Shown piece by piece: positions 28,771 through 37,062 of a DNA stretch of 64,000 nucleotides. Position 1 is the stretch's first letter, and every line of letters starts with the position of its first letter. This DNA is from a virus. A program made the translations under genes and the position numbers. The notes below the pieces were generated by a model, which searched no databases, had not been told where the DNA came from, and worked only from the letters and a program-made list of their open reading frames with translations. The DNA lies in the IMG/VR virus record IMGVR_UViG_3300029319_000010, positions 50,214 to 114,213 of that record; one strand, given 5' to 3'.

Positions 28771-29202
28771 ATGGCTAATAAAGTAGAAAAATCAATGATG
28801 CTCGTTAAGAGTTCTTTTGGTCCAATGAAAAGCTTCAAGCTTATGCCTATCTCTAATGATTGTCCTTTTGTAGAATGTTTATTCTCACCATCTGAAAAAA
28901 TTATGGTGATTATATCTAAAGTAAAGAAACAATCTTATCATATGGTTGCAAAATTAGATGATAATGGAGATGAGGTACCTGTTAAAGGTAAACCAAGAGC
29001 AAATGGAAAGAAAGTCAAAGAAGAAAGAAGAATGGTTGATACCTTCTCTGAGCACTATATAGTGACAGAAGAAGAGATTAGAGAGATAATCAACATGTTT
29101 GCAATCAATCCAAAAGCTTTTGATCTTGATGAATTTTTCAGTTTAGAAACTGGATCTAATCTTATTACTCCAAAAATGGAGCCTATAACTACAAAAGCGT
29201 GA
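28771..29202 (+). CDS. Hypothetical protein
   Basis: ORF track; own promoter match. Confidence 0.75.
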   Translation: MANKVEKSMMLVKSSFGPMKSFKLMPISNDCPFVECLFSPSEKIMVIISKVKKQSYHMVAKLDDNGDEVPVKGKPRANGKKVKEERRMVDTFSEHYIVTEEEIREIINMFAINPKAFDLDEFFSLETGSNLITPKMEPITTKA

Positions 29203-29360
29203 TCAAGTTTATAAAAACATTAGCTGGTATGCTACTATTAAGTTTACTAGTTATAGTATTTATAATACTTGTTATATTTAAAGTTATAGTTATTACTGTA
29301 ACTTATATAGAAAACTCTTTGTGTGAAATGATAAAAAAATGTTTGGGCACTGATCTTTAG
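29199..29360 (+). CDS. 53-aa membrane peptide (not in ORF track)
   Basis: GTGA overlap; MIKFIKTLAGMLLLSLLVIVFIILVIFKVIVITVTYIENSLCEMIKKCLGTDL. Confidence 0.55.
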   Translation: MIKFIKTLAGMLLLSLLVIVFIILVIFKVIVITVTYIENSLCEMIKKCLGTDL

Positions 29361-29387
29361 TGCTTGGTTGTTTGTTTTCATTTTTAG

Positions 29388-29420
29388 GGAGGTTGTGTCA
29401 TGGCAACCTCCTTTTTTTTT
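29388..29420 (+). terminator. Intrinsic terminator
   Basis: GGAGGTTG-N8-CAACCTCC followed by a T-run. Confidence 0.85.
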
Positions 29421-29431
29421 AAATTAAAATT

Positions 29432-30142
29432 ATGAATGTAAAAGAAATACAAGAAAAATTTATGAATAAGCTCTCAGATGCTGCTGAGAGTCCATATGAA
29501 AGCTGGGTAGATGCACTTTGGAATACAGTAAATTCTAAAGCATTCTCTGATCCACTATTAGAATTAGCTAAAGAAGTTGATAATGGTAAGAAGTTTACAC
29601 CAAAATTTCCTGATTTACTTAAAGCATATGAGATGTGTCCATATAGAGATCTTAAAGTTGTTATTGTTGGACAAGATCCATACCCTCAAGAAGGAGTTGC
29701 TGACGGAATAGCATTTAGTTGTTCAAAGACTAACAAGGAACAACCATCATTAAGGTACATCTTTGATGAATTACAAAGACAGTATCCAGATGCAACCAGA
29801 GACTGTGATCTAAGTAGATGGTCTAAGCAAGGCGTGCTTATGTTAAACACAGCACTTACATGTGAAGTAGATAACATTGGGGCTCATGTTAATATATGGA
29901 AGCATTGGAGTCAATGTATATTTGGACATATTTTAACTGATCATCCAAAGATACTTGAGTTTGTATTTATGGGTGCTAAAGCAAAACCATTTGCAAAATC
30001 TATTTCTAATGATCATAATAAACATTTTGTTGCACATCCTGCAGCTGCTGCATACCGTGGTGGTAAATGGGATTCAGACAATCTATTTAAAAAAATAAAT
30101 GAAAACTTAATTAATAATGGTGAAGAACCAATAAATTGGTAA
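29432..30142 (+). CDS. ung: Uracil-DNA glycosylase (family 1)
   Basis: VVIVGQDPYP, ADGIAFS, PSLRYI, QGVLMLNTALT, AHPA. Confidence 0.93.
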   Translation: MNVKEIQEKFMNKLSDAAESPYESWVDALWNTVNSKAFSDPLLELAKEVDNGKKFTPKFPDLLKAYEMCPYRDLKVVIVGQDPYPQEGVADGIAFSCSKTNKEQPSLRYIFDELQRQYPDATRDCDLSRWSKQGVLMLNTALTCEVDNIGAHVNIWKHWSQCIFGHILTDHPKILEFVFMGAKAKPFAKSISNDHNKHFVAHPAAAAYRGGKWDSDNLFKKINENLINNGEEPINW

Positions 30143-30369
30143 CTATGAGTTCAAGAAGTAAATGGAAATTATATTATTTTGCATTATTTTTATGGTATTT
30201 ATTTTTAGCTTCTCTTGTTGGTTGCGAAAAGCAACTTGAAGAACAGATATGTTGTGATTGGGATGCTACAAATTTTGATCCTGAATATAATGGTCATAAT
30301 GTAAATCAACTATACTTTACAAACAGTTCATTATGTAATGATGATGTTTGTATCTATGAAAACTATTAA
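30136..30369 (+). CDS. Putative lipoprotein
   Basis: Basic N-terminus, hydrophobic core, lipobox LVG-C. Confidence 0.55.
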   Translation: MVTMSSRSKWKLYYFALFLWYLFLASLVGCEKQLEEQICCDWDATNFDPEYNGHNVNQLYFTNSSLCNDDVCIYENY

Positions 30370-30371
30370 AT

Positions 30372-32276
30372 ATGAATCACTGGGTAATGGATTATGAAAC
30401 CCTAGTGGACTGTTTTGTTGGTGTATTTAAACACTACAAGACTGAAGAAACTAAAATCTTTGCAATATGTAAACAACGTAATGATTTTAGTAAGTTCCTA
30501 GAGTTTCTTAAAGAAAATACGGAAAATAAAGAGTGGCATATATCCTACAATGGATTAGCATTTGATGCACAGATCACTCATTATATTATAAAACATTACA
30601 AAGATTGGAAATCAATGAAAGGAGAAGACATTGCTCGTGAGATATATTCTTATGCACAGAGTTGTATAGATAAAGCTCATAGTGGTGAGTTTCAAGAGTA
30701 TCCTGAATGGCATATGTGTATTAAACAAATAGATGTATTTAAATTAAATCATTGGGATAACATGGCCAAGAGATCTAGCCTTAAATGGATAGAGTATACT
30801 ATGGACTGGGATAATATCTTAGACATGCCTATACACCATGATACAGAGATAAATACACAGGATCAGTTAGATTTAGTTATTGAATACTGTATTAATGATG
30901 TAGAAGCAACTAAGGAAATCTTTAATAGATGTAAACCTTTGATTGCATTAAGAAAGAACTTAACTGAGAAATATAATATTAATTTATTTAGTGCATCTGA
31001 ACCAAGAATAAGTAAAGAAATCTTTGCTTACTATCTTAGTAAAGAACTAGACATGCCACGGTATGAAGTTAAGAAGTTAAGAACATTTAGAAATGTAATT
31101 AAAGTTAAAGATCTTATACTAGACTATATTAAGTTTGATACAGTAGAGTTTAAATCTTTACTAGAAAGGTTTAGGACAGTTGAAGTTAATCCTAATTATA
31201 CTAAAGGTGGATTTAGATCTTCGGTTGTATATAAAGGTGTAAAGACTGACTTTGGGTTAGGTGGTGCTCATGGTGCTACTGCACCTGGAGTGTATGAGTC
31301 TGATACTGAGAGAGTTATAATGTCTTCTGATGTTACTAGCTTCTATCCTAACTTAGCTATTGTTAATAAGTATGCACCGGCTCATATACCAAAAGAAAAG
31401 TTTTGTGAATTATATCAATGGTTCTTTGATGAAAGAAAGAAGATACCAAAGAGTGATCCAATGAACTATGTGTATAAAATTATCTTAAACTCAACTTATG
31501 GGTTAAGTAATGATAAAAACTCTTTTCTATATGATCCGCAGTTTACTATGTTTATTACTGTTAATGGTCAACTTACACTAATGATGTTATATGAAATGAT
31601 TATGACTAGGATACCAAATGCTGTAGCACTTATGCAAAATACTGATGGCGTAGAAACTATCATACCACGTGAGCACATAGATGCTTACATGGAAGTTTGT
31701 AAAGAGTGGGAGCAGATAACCGGTCTTAATCTTGAGCATGATCAGTATAGTAAACTAGTGTTAGCTGATGTTAATAACTATATAGCAGTAGATACTAATG
31801 GTAAGTCTAAATGTAAAGGTAGATTTGAATATGAAGGTTTAGCTCTTCATAAAAACAAGTCTAAACTGATCATTCCAAAAGCATTGTATGCATACTTTGT
31901 TGATGGAACTTTACCAGAACATACAATAAAACATAATAGAAATATTTTAGATTATTGTATTGGAGCTAAATCTAAGGGTGCATGGAGACAGCACTCTGTA
32001 TATGTTAAAGATGGTGTTGCACATAAAGATGTGCTACAAAAAATTAACAGATACTACATCTCTAACAAAGGTTGTAAGATAGTTAAGATAAATAAAAGTG
32101 ATAATAGAGAAATTCAATTAGAGTCTGGACAATGGGTTCAAACTGTAATGAATAAGATAGAAAATAAAAAGTGGTCAGACTATGACATTAATGAGAAATA
32201 TTATCTAAATGCAATTGAGAAAGAGATTAACAATATAATTGGTGTGAAAAATAATCAATTATTATTGTTTGAATAA
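30372..32276 (+). CDS. Family B DNA polymerase with 3'-5' exonuclease
   Basis: DYE, YNGLAFD, YCINDV, SDVTSFYPN, KIILNSTYG, NTDG. Confidence 0.95.
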   Translation: MNHWVMDYETLVDCFVGVFKHYKTEETKIFAICKQRNDFSKFLEFLKENTENKEWHISYNGLAFDAQITHYIIKHYKDWKSMKGEDIAREIYSYAQSCIDKAHSGEFQEYPEWHMCIKQIDVFKLNHWDNMAKRSSLKWIEYTMDWDNILDMPIHHDTEINTQDQLDLVIEYCINDVEATKEIFNRCKPLIALRKNLTEKYNINLFSASEPRISKEIFAYYLSKELDMPRYEVKKLRTFRNVIKVKDLILDYIKFDTVEFKSLLERFRTVEVNPNYTKGGFRSSVVYKGVKTDFGLGGAHGATAPGVYESDTERVIMSSDVTSFYPNLAIVNKYAPAHIPKEKFCELYQWFFDERKKIPKSDPMNYVYKIILNSTYGLSNDKNSFLYDPQFTMFITVNGQLTLMMLYEMIMTRIPNAVALMQNTDGVETIIPREHIDAYMEVCKEWEQITGLNLEHDQYSKLVLADVNNYIAVDTNGKSKCKGRFEYEGLALHKNKSKLIIPKALYAYFVDGTLPEHTIKHNRNILDYCIGAKSKGAWRQHSVYVKDGVAHKDVLQKINRYYISNKGCKIVKINKSDNREIQLESGQWVQTVMNKIENKKWSDYDINEKYYLNAIEKEINNIIGVKNNQLLLFE

Positions 32277-32286
32277 GTTTTATTAT

Positions 32287-32362
32287 TATATTTGTAAAAG
32301 TCCAGGGGGAGCTAAGGTCGTGTATAAAGATTTACACTTCATTCGTGCACAGCTCCCCATGG
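32287..32362 (+). promoter_or_regulatory. TAnnTTTG promoter followed by a 5' leader stem-loop
   Basis: TATATTTG at 32287-32294; GGGGAGCT/AGCTCCCC stem. Confidence 0.6.
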
Positions 32363-32382
32363 CAACTAAAAACCAATAAATT

Positions 32383-33198
32383 ATGGGATATACAAGACCA
32401 AGAAAAACTACTAAAGATTACTTGGTAGCAGCACCGCTACCTAATCATGGAAAAACTTACACAGTTATTCCTCATAAAGATGTTATAGAGACAACTAAGA
32501 CTCTATTAGACAACAGTGGATTTCAGATCACTAAAGAACTTTACAGGGCAAACATGAATGCTAAAGTAGCACAAGGTGTTTATCACCTTGCTTCAGATCA
32601 AGATGAAGAAATGGGGATGATGTTTGCTTGGACTAATTCTTATGATAAAAGTACACGGTTTCAGTGTGCTGTAGGAGCTTTCGTAAATGTATGTAGCAAT
32701 GGTATGTTATGTGGAGACATGGCAAACTATGCTAGAAAACATACAGGTAAAGCAGATCATGATATTCATACTCAAATAAGTTCACAAATTAAATCAGCTA
32801 ACAAGTATTATACTAAGTTAATTGATGATAAGAATGAGATGAGAAAAATATTTCTACCTAAGAAAGATCAAGCAGAATTAGTTGGAAGATTATTCTTAGA
32901 TGAAGAGATTATTGATTCATCACAAGTTTCTTGCATAAAAGCAGAAATGAAAGAACCATCTTATGATTATAAAGCTGATCTTAATAATGCTTGGACATTC
33001 TACAATCACATAACACATGCACTTAAAAAGTCACATCCACGTACATGGATGAGTGATCAAGTAAAGTTTCATGAGTTTATGACTGCAGAATTACTTAGTC
33101 AAGCTGCACTTAAGAAGCAGGATACTAGTTGGCCTGTAGATTTTATAGCAGATATGGAAGCTCAAGAGTATGATACATTTGAAGAGTTTAAAATATAA
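32383..33198 (+). CDS. DUF932-family protein
   Basis: NSYDKS...GAFVNVCSNG...RKHT...WTFYNHIT. Confidence 0.75.
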   Translation: MGYTRPRKTTKDYLVAAPLPNHGKTYTVIPHKDVIETTKTLLDNSGFQITKELYRANMNAKVAQGVYHLASDQDEEMGMMFAWTNSYDKSTRFQCAVGAFVNVCSNGMLCGDMANYARKHTGKADHDIHTQISSQIKSANKYYTKLIDDKNEMRKIFLPKKDQAELVGRLFLDEEIIDSSQVSCIKAEMKEPSYDYKADLNNAWTFYNHITHALKKSHPRTWMSDQVKFHEFMTAELLSQAALKKQDTSWPVDFIADMEAQEYDTFEEFKI

Positions 33199-34034
33199 TG
33201 CCAATAAAATATCAAAAGACTAGAACATTAGTTACCAAGACAAATAACAATAGTAGTGACTGCATAGCACCAAATATAATTTACGGGTGCTACGGGGGCT
33301 GTGTAGACACCTATTGTTATATGTCTAGGTTTAATGGTAATAGAGTATTTGTTAACAAAAATGTTAATGATATATTTAATTCTGTAGTAGAATGGGAAAA
33401 ATCTTATAATAAAGTTCCTAATCAACAGGATCCTGTTTACACTATGGTAGACATTGCTTGTAATTCAGATTTAGTTTTGATGCAGAAGCATATGCCAGAA
33501 CCACTTCATGATTATCTTAAAAGGTATGATGATCATCAACAGCTTAATAGTACTATGGCTACTAAGTATCCAGGTCTGCTTAAGTTAGATGTAAATCATT
33601 TTAATAAAAGGCCACGTGTGCGTGTTAGTCTTATGCCTCAAGAGTACTCTAACATTCTAGAACCTAAAATGCAGAAGATATCGTCAAGAATAGATGATGT
33701 TAATAGGTTAAAAGGTCTAGGATGGGAAGTACATTTAAACTATTCACCTCTTGTATTTTATCCAGGATGGAGTAAAGAGTATGAAAGTTTATTTAAAGAA
33801 GTAAAAGAGAAAGCCGGTGAGAATAAATGTGAAGTTATTGCACTTACTAATCATGTTCATCAAATGAATAGAAGCAGTGAGGAAGCAAGGGAATTAATGA
33901 AATATTCTGATGAGATCAAAAATGGTAATGGAATAATGCGTTATCCTATACGCCAGAAAACAAGAGCTTTAGCTAACTTTAAAATGATCTACAGTAAATA
34001 TTTTAATTTACAAACTATTAGATATATATTTTAA
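33198..34034 (+). CDS. splB: Spore photoproduct lyase-like radical SAM enzyme
   Basis: GCYGGCVDTYCYM, DIACNSD, ATKY, RVRVSLMP, GWEVHLNYSPLV, MRYP. Confidence 0.75.
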   Translation: MPIKYQKTRTLVTKTNNNSSDCIAPNIIYGCYGGCVDTYCYMSRFNGNRVFVNKNVNDIFNSVVEWEKSYNKVPNQQDPVYTMVDIACNSDLVLMQKHMPEPLHDYLKRYDDHQQLNSTMATKYPGLLKLDVNHFNKRPRVRVSLMPQEYSNILEPKMQKISSRIDDVNRLKGLGWEVHLNYSPLVFYPGWSKEYESLFKEVKEKAGENKCEVIALTNHVHQMNRSSEEARELMKYSDEIKNGNGIMRYPIRQKTRALANFKMIYSKYFNLQTIRYIF

Positions 34035-34035
34035 A

Positions 34036-34119
34036 ATGACTGATGACCAAAAAGAAGCTGTTGTAAGATTAATATTAGTAATAATATTATTAATAGTATT
34101 TGTATTAATTCAATTATAA
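34036..34119 (+). CDS. 27-aa membrane peptide (not in ORF track)
   Basis: MTDDQKEAVVRLILVIILLIVFVLIQL, 1 nt after the upstream stop. Confidence 0.5.
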   Translation: MTDDQKEAVVRLILVIILLIVFVLIQL

Positions 34120-34123
34120 AGAA

Positions 34124-34191
34124 AGGGGGTCAATGGTAGCGTGAACCCCCTCTCTGTTCTCTGTAAAATTCAACCTGCACGGTTACAGAGA
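34124..34191. terminator. Paired hairpins between convergent operons
   Basis: AGGGGGT/ACCCCCT and TCTCTGTAA/TTACAGAGA. Confidence 0.5.
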
Positions 34192-34207
34192 TATATAAGA
34201 AGTGTTA

Positions 34208-34342
34208 TTATCTACCTTGACCTCTATACTTTTTAGTATAATTGCTACCTCCCTTATTGAATGTAGTTCTACTCTTAGCATGTCTACCATGAGATTTTCT
34301 ACTATTAGGCATAAATGTAAATGTATTTTTCTTTGTCGCCAT
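34208..34342 (-). CDS. 44-aa basic protein ending KKYRGQGR (not in ORF track)
   Basis: MATKKNTFTFMPNSRKSHGRHAKSRTTFNKGGSNYTKKYRGQGR; TAATG overlap with the upstream gene. Confidence 0.8.
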   Translation of the reverse strand: MATKKNTFTFMPNSRKSHGRHAKSRTTFNKGGSNYTKKYRGQGR

Positions 34343-34722
34343 TATACTCTTGTAAAGAATGCATATACTACATTTGTAACTGCAGTATCATACTTTAATT
34401 TTGCACCTGTTCCATCTTCAACTACAAAAAATGCAAAATCACCAACTCCTAATTTAGTTAAGTTAGTGCTTCCACCATCATTAGTAACAAGTATATTACC
34501 AGTTCCAGTACCACCACCATTAGTTCCTGTATTATGAACAAATAAATATGTATCACCTTGACTTGTAGGAATAATTGATTGATTTAAAGCAGCATATGTC
34601 GTTATACCAGCTGAAGTTACTGTGCTTTCTTGTACAGTAATAACAGGGTTTAAGGTTATAGACACAGGATCACTTTGACCAGTTATAGTACCTGTAAGAT
34701 TAAATAAAGTTTGTAAATTCAT
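34342..34722 (-). CDS. Beta-rich putative virion protein, paralog A1
   Basis: YLFVHNTG...KLGVGDFAFF...KLKYD. Confidence 0.65.
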   Translation of the reverse strand: MNLQTLFNLTGTITGQSDPVSITLNPVITVQESTVTSAGITTYAALNQSIIPTSQGDTYLFVHNTGTNGGGTGTGNILVTNDGGSTNLTKLGVGDFAFFVVEDGTGAKLKYDTAVTNVVYAFFTRV

Positions 34723-34745
34723 TTTATTATTATTTTATATTATTA

Positions 34746-35150
34746 TTAATGTCTTTTTAGATAAGCATAAACATATGTAGTAACTGAGTTATCATATACA
34801 GCCTTTAAACCTGCTTGTGCTATCAAAGGTATAAACATTGCATCACCAACATTTAAATGTGCTATGTTTGTTCCAGCACCGTTTGTAAGTATAACTTTAC
34901 CTCCAGTACTAAGATCTCCGTTTGCACCAACATTTCTAACATACACATACTGTGTAGAACCTCCAGCTGCAGGTGCAGCAGATGTTCCTAGTATTTCAAA
35001 AGGTGTACCATTTACGGTATTTCTTGATGCAGATGTTAGAGAAGGATTTTCAACGTCTAATTCAAAGTCAGTAAAATTAATACCTACTGAATCACTTTGA
35101 CCTGTTAAACTTCCGTTTAAACTTAAACTAAATTTTACTTTATCAGCCAT
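34746..35150 (-). CDS. Beta-rich putative virion protein, paralog A2
   Basis: YVYVRNVG...HLNVGDAMFIP...KAVYD. Confidence 0.65.
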   Translation of the reverse strand: MADKVKFSLSLNGSLTGQSDSVGINFTDFELDVENPSLTSASRNTVNGTPFEILGTSAAPAAGGSTQYVYVRNVGANGDLSTGGKVILTNGAGTNIAHLNVGDAMFIPLIAQAGLKAVYDNSVTTYVYAYLKRH

Positions 35151-35168
35151 TTTTTTAAATTTTAAATA

Positions 35169-35570
35169 TTATTGTTTCTTCTTATTAAATTTTTCAACAG
35201 ATCTACCACCAAAATAGGCACCAATCACTGTTATTAATACTAACTGTAGAAGATCAGTCCACTTTTCTTCTACGGTAAATGTTAATGCACCAGCATCAAT
35301 AAAGATCAATAACATAGTACATACTATTAAAAATATAAGAACCATAGGTCTTACATTTTTACTTAACCAACTATCAGAATTCATATCTGCCGTCCAACGG
35401 TCAGTTATATTTTTTTCCATTTGAGCTTCATGATTCATGATTAGCTCTTTTAGTTTTCTTTTAGCGTCTAGTTTTTCTTCATCTGTTGTTACTAAGTTAT
35501 CTATCACACCACCAACTGATTCTACCAAGTTGCTTCCGGCACCTGAGAAAATCTTTTTTAGTATACTCAT
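35169..35570 (-). CDS. Holin of the 3TM/GTA-release type
   Basis: DRWTADMNSDSWLSKNVRP, two TMs, GAYFGGRSVEK. Confidence 0.85.
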   Translation of the reverse strand: MSILKKIFSGAGSNLVESVGGVIDNLVTTDEEKLDAKRKLKELIMNHEAQMEKNITDRWTADMNSDSWLSKNVRPMVLIFLIVCTMLLIFIDAGALTFTVEEKWTDLLQLVLITVIGAYFGGRSVEKFNKKKQ

Positions 35571-35587
35571 ACTTTAAGTTTTTAAAT

Positions 35588-35764
35588 TTACAATACCCCG
35601 TTAGGACCAATAGAACCAACAGAACCTCCATATTTAGCAAATATGTCACTGGTACCAGTTCCATAACCACCTACCCTCGACCCTCTTTTCATTGCTTTTC
35701 TTTTTTCTCTTCTATCTTGTCTTCTATTTCTTCTATCTTGTCTTTTTTCTTTATTTCCAAACAT
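35588..35764 (-). CDS. 58-aa basic protein ending GPNGVL (not in ORF track)
   Basis: MFGNKEKRQDRRNRRQDRREKRKAMKRGSRVGGYGTGTSDIFAKYGGSVGSIGPNGVL. Confidence 0.8.
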   Translation of the reverse strand: MFGNKEKRQDRRNRRQDRREKRKAMKRGSRVGGYGTGTSDIFAKYGGSVGSIGPNGVL

Positions 35765-35783
35765 AATATTTATTTTTTAATAT

Positions 35784-35918
35784 TTATAATACCCCATTAG
35801 GTCCCACAGACTTCATTAATGGTTTGTGATATTCACCACCACACATCATCATGTGAGATCCCCCACACTTATAAGTCTTTTTCTTTTTCTTATCTTTCTT
35901 TTTCTTTTTATACATCAT
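35784..35918 (-). CDS. 44-aa poly-Lys protein ending GPNGVL (not in ORF track)
   Basis: MMYKKKKKDKKKKKTYKCGGSHMMMCGGEYHKPLMKSVGPNGVL; ATGA overlap. Confidence 0.8.
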   Translation of the reverse strand: MMYKKKKKDKKKKKTYKCGGSHMMMCGGEYHKPLMKSVGPNGVL

Positions 35919-36148
35919 AATAAACTATTTGGTCCCATGTTCATACCATATGGACAACCGCAACCCTGCACCTGTCCACCTTCAGCTTTTTTAAAGCTTT
36001 TTAATGTTTTAGCTAAGTTACATCTACGTTTTGCTTTAGTAGATGGAGGATTCTTGCAATATTCTGAGATGCTCTTTCCTTCAGCTTTAGCAGCTGCAGT
36101 CAAAGCACCTGGTTTTTTTATTGCTTTTTTTATCCAATTCTTAGCCAT
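35915..36148 (-). CDS. Small basic protein ending GPNSLL
   Basis: KNWIKKAIKKPGAL...RRCNLAKTLK. Confidence 0.75.
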   Translation of the reverse strand: MAKNWIKKAIKKPGALTAAAKAEGKSISEYCKNPPSTKAKRRCNLAKTLKSFKKAEGGQVQGCGCPYGMNMGPNSLL

Positions 36149-36151
36149 ATT

Positions 36152-36457
36152 TTAATCTTCACAAACATTTGAGTGGGAGCCATCACAGTATCCATCAGGA
36201 TCTGAAGTGGTACCACACACACATTCTTTCTTATCTTTAACAAAGAATCTATCATATGCACCTTCTTTAACTGTCTTTACAAAAAGTTCAAATTGATCTT
36301 TTGTAAACTCAGTATAGCCTTCATCTTCTCCACCAACAATTACTTTGTCAGATTCGGTTGAGATGTCAATTGCTGGACAACTCTTACAGCTAGCACAAAA
36401 AGTCATTTGTGATCTGTTTGCACTAATTTTTACATTTTTTAATCCTTCTAATTCCAT
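36152..36457 (-). CDS. Protein with C-terminal CDGSH iron-sulfur motif
   Basis: CVCGTTSDPDGYCDGSH; N-terminal CASCKSC. Confidence 0.75.
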   Translation of the reverse strand: MELEGLKNVKISANRSQMTFCASCKSCPAIDISTESDKVIVGGEDEGYTEFTKDQFELFVKTVKEGAYDRFFVKDKKECVCGTTSDPDGYCDGSHSNVCED

Positions 36458-36461
36458 TGGT

Positions 36462-36830
36462 TTATACTTTTTTAAATTTAGCGTAATTAACTACACATGC
36501 AGCAGTGTCAGAAATTAATTCTAATCCTTCTCCACCGTCACAACATAAAAACATGAAGCTACCTGGAAAGAGTTTAGCATATGTATTATTTGCCACGTCT
36601 TGAACAGTTACAAAATTGGCAAGATCTGTATTTTGAATGAATATATAAGTATCAGCAGCAGTAGTTGGAATAATCTCTGTAGCAGATGTTGGTATTGACA
36701 TAGATTTTGATTCTACGTCAGTATTATCAAAATTTACAGTGTCTAAAACTGTGCTATTTAAACTAAATATACCACTAACTGTGTCAGCAGTATTAAGGTT
36801 TAATGAGAGATTAAGTGCTTGTGTTGCCAT
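36462..36830 (-). CDS. Beta-rich putative virion protein, paralog A3
   Basis: YIFIQNTD...KLFPGSFMFL. Confidence 0.6.
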   Translation of the reverse strand: MATQALNLSLNLNTADTVSGIFSLNSTVLDTVNFDNTDVESKSMSIPTSATEIIPTTAADTYIFIQNTDLANFVTVQDVANNTYAKLFPGSFMFLCCDGGEGLELISDTAACVVNYAKFKKV

Positions 36831-37012
36831 TATATTTCAAATCCAAAGTTAAATATCATAAATCTAAATCTTTTACAATTTGGCTGTTTGTTTTCACAAA
36901 ACCAGCATGGGCAAAAGTATAGTTCTAATAATGTTAATTTACCAAGTCTAAGGTTTAATTCATAAACCTCTTTCTTATTTCCTGATTTCCAGGAATTAAT
37001 CCAATTTATCAT
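36830..37012 (-). CDS. 60-aa amphipathic beta-strand, Cys-containing protein
   Basis: First gene after the late motif at 37038. Confidence 0.65.
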   Translation of the reverse strand: MINWINSWKSGNKKEVYELNLRLGKLTLLELYFCPCWFCENKQPNCKRFRFMIFNFGFEI

Positions 37013-37037
37013 AATAAAATAATTTATGTTATATTAT

Positions 37038-37050
37038 TAATATACAAAAA
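37038..37050 (-). promoter_or_regulatory. Candidate late promoter TTTTTGTATATTA
   Basis: 25 nt upstream of ATG 37012. Confidence 0.6.
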
Positions 37051-37062
37051 AATAAGTGAAAA

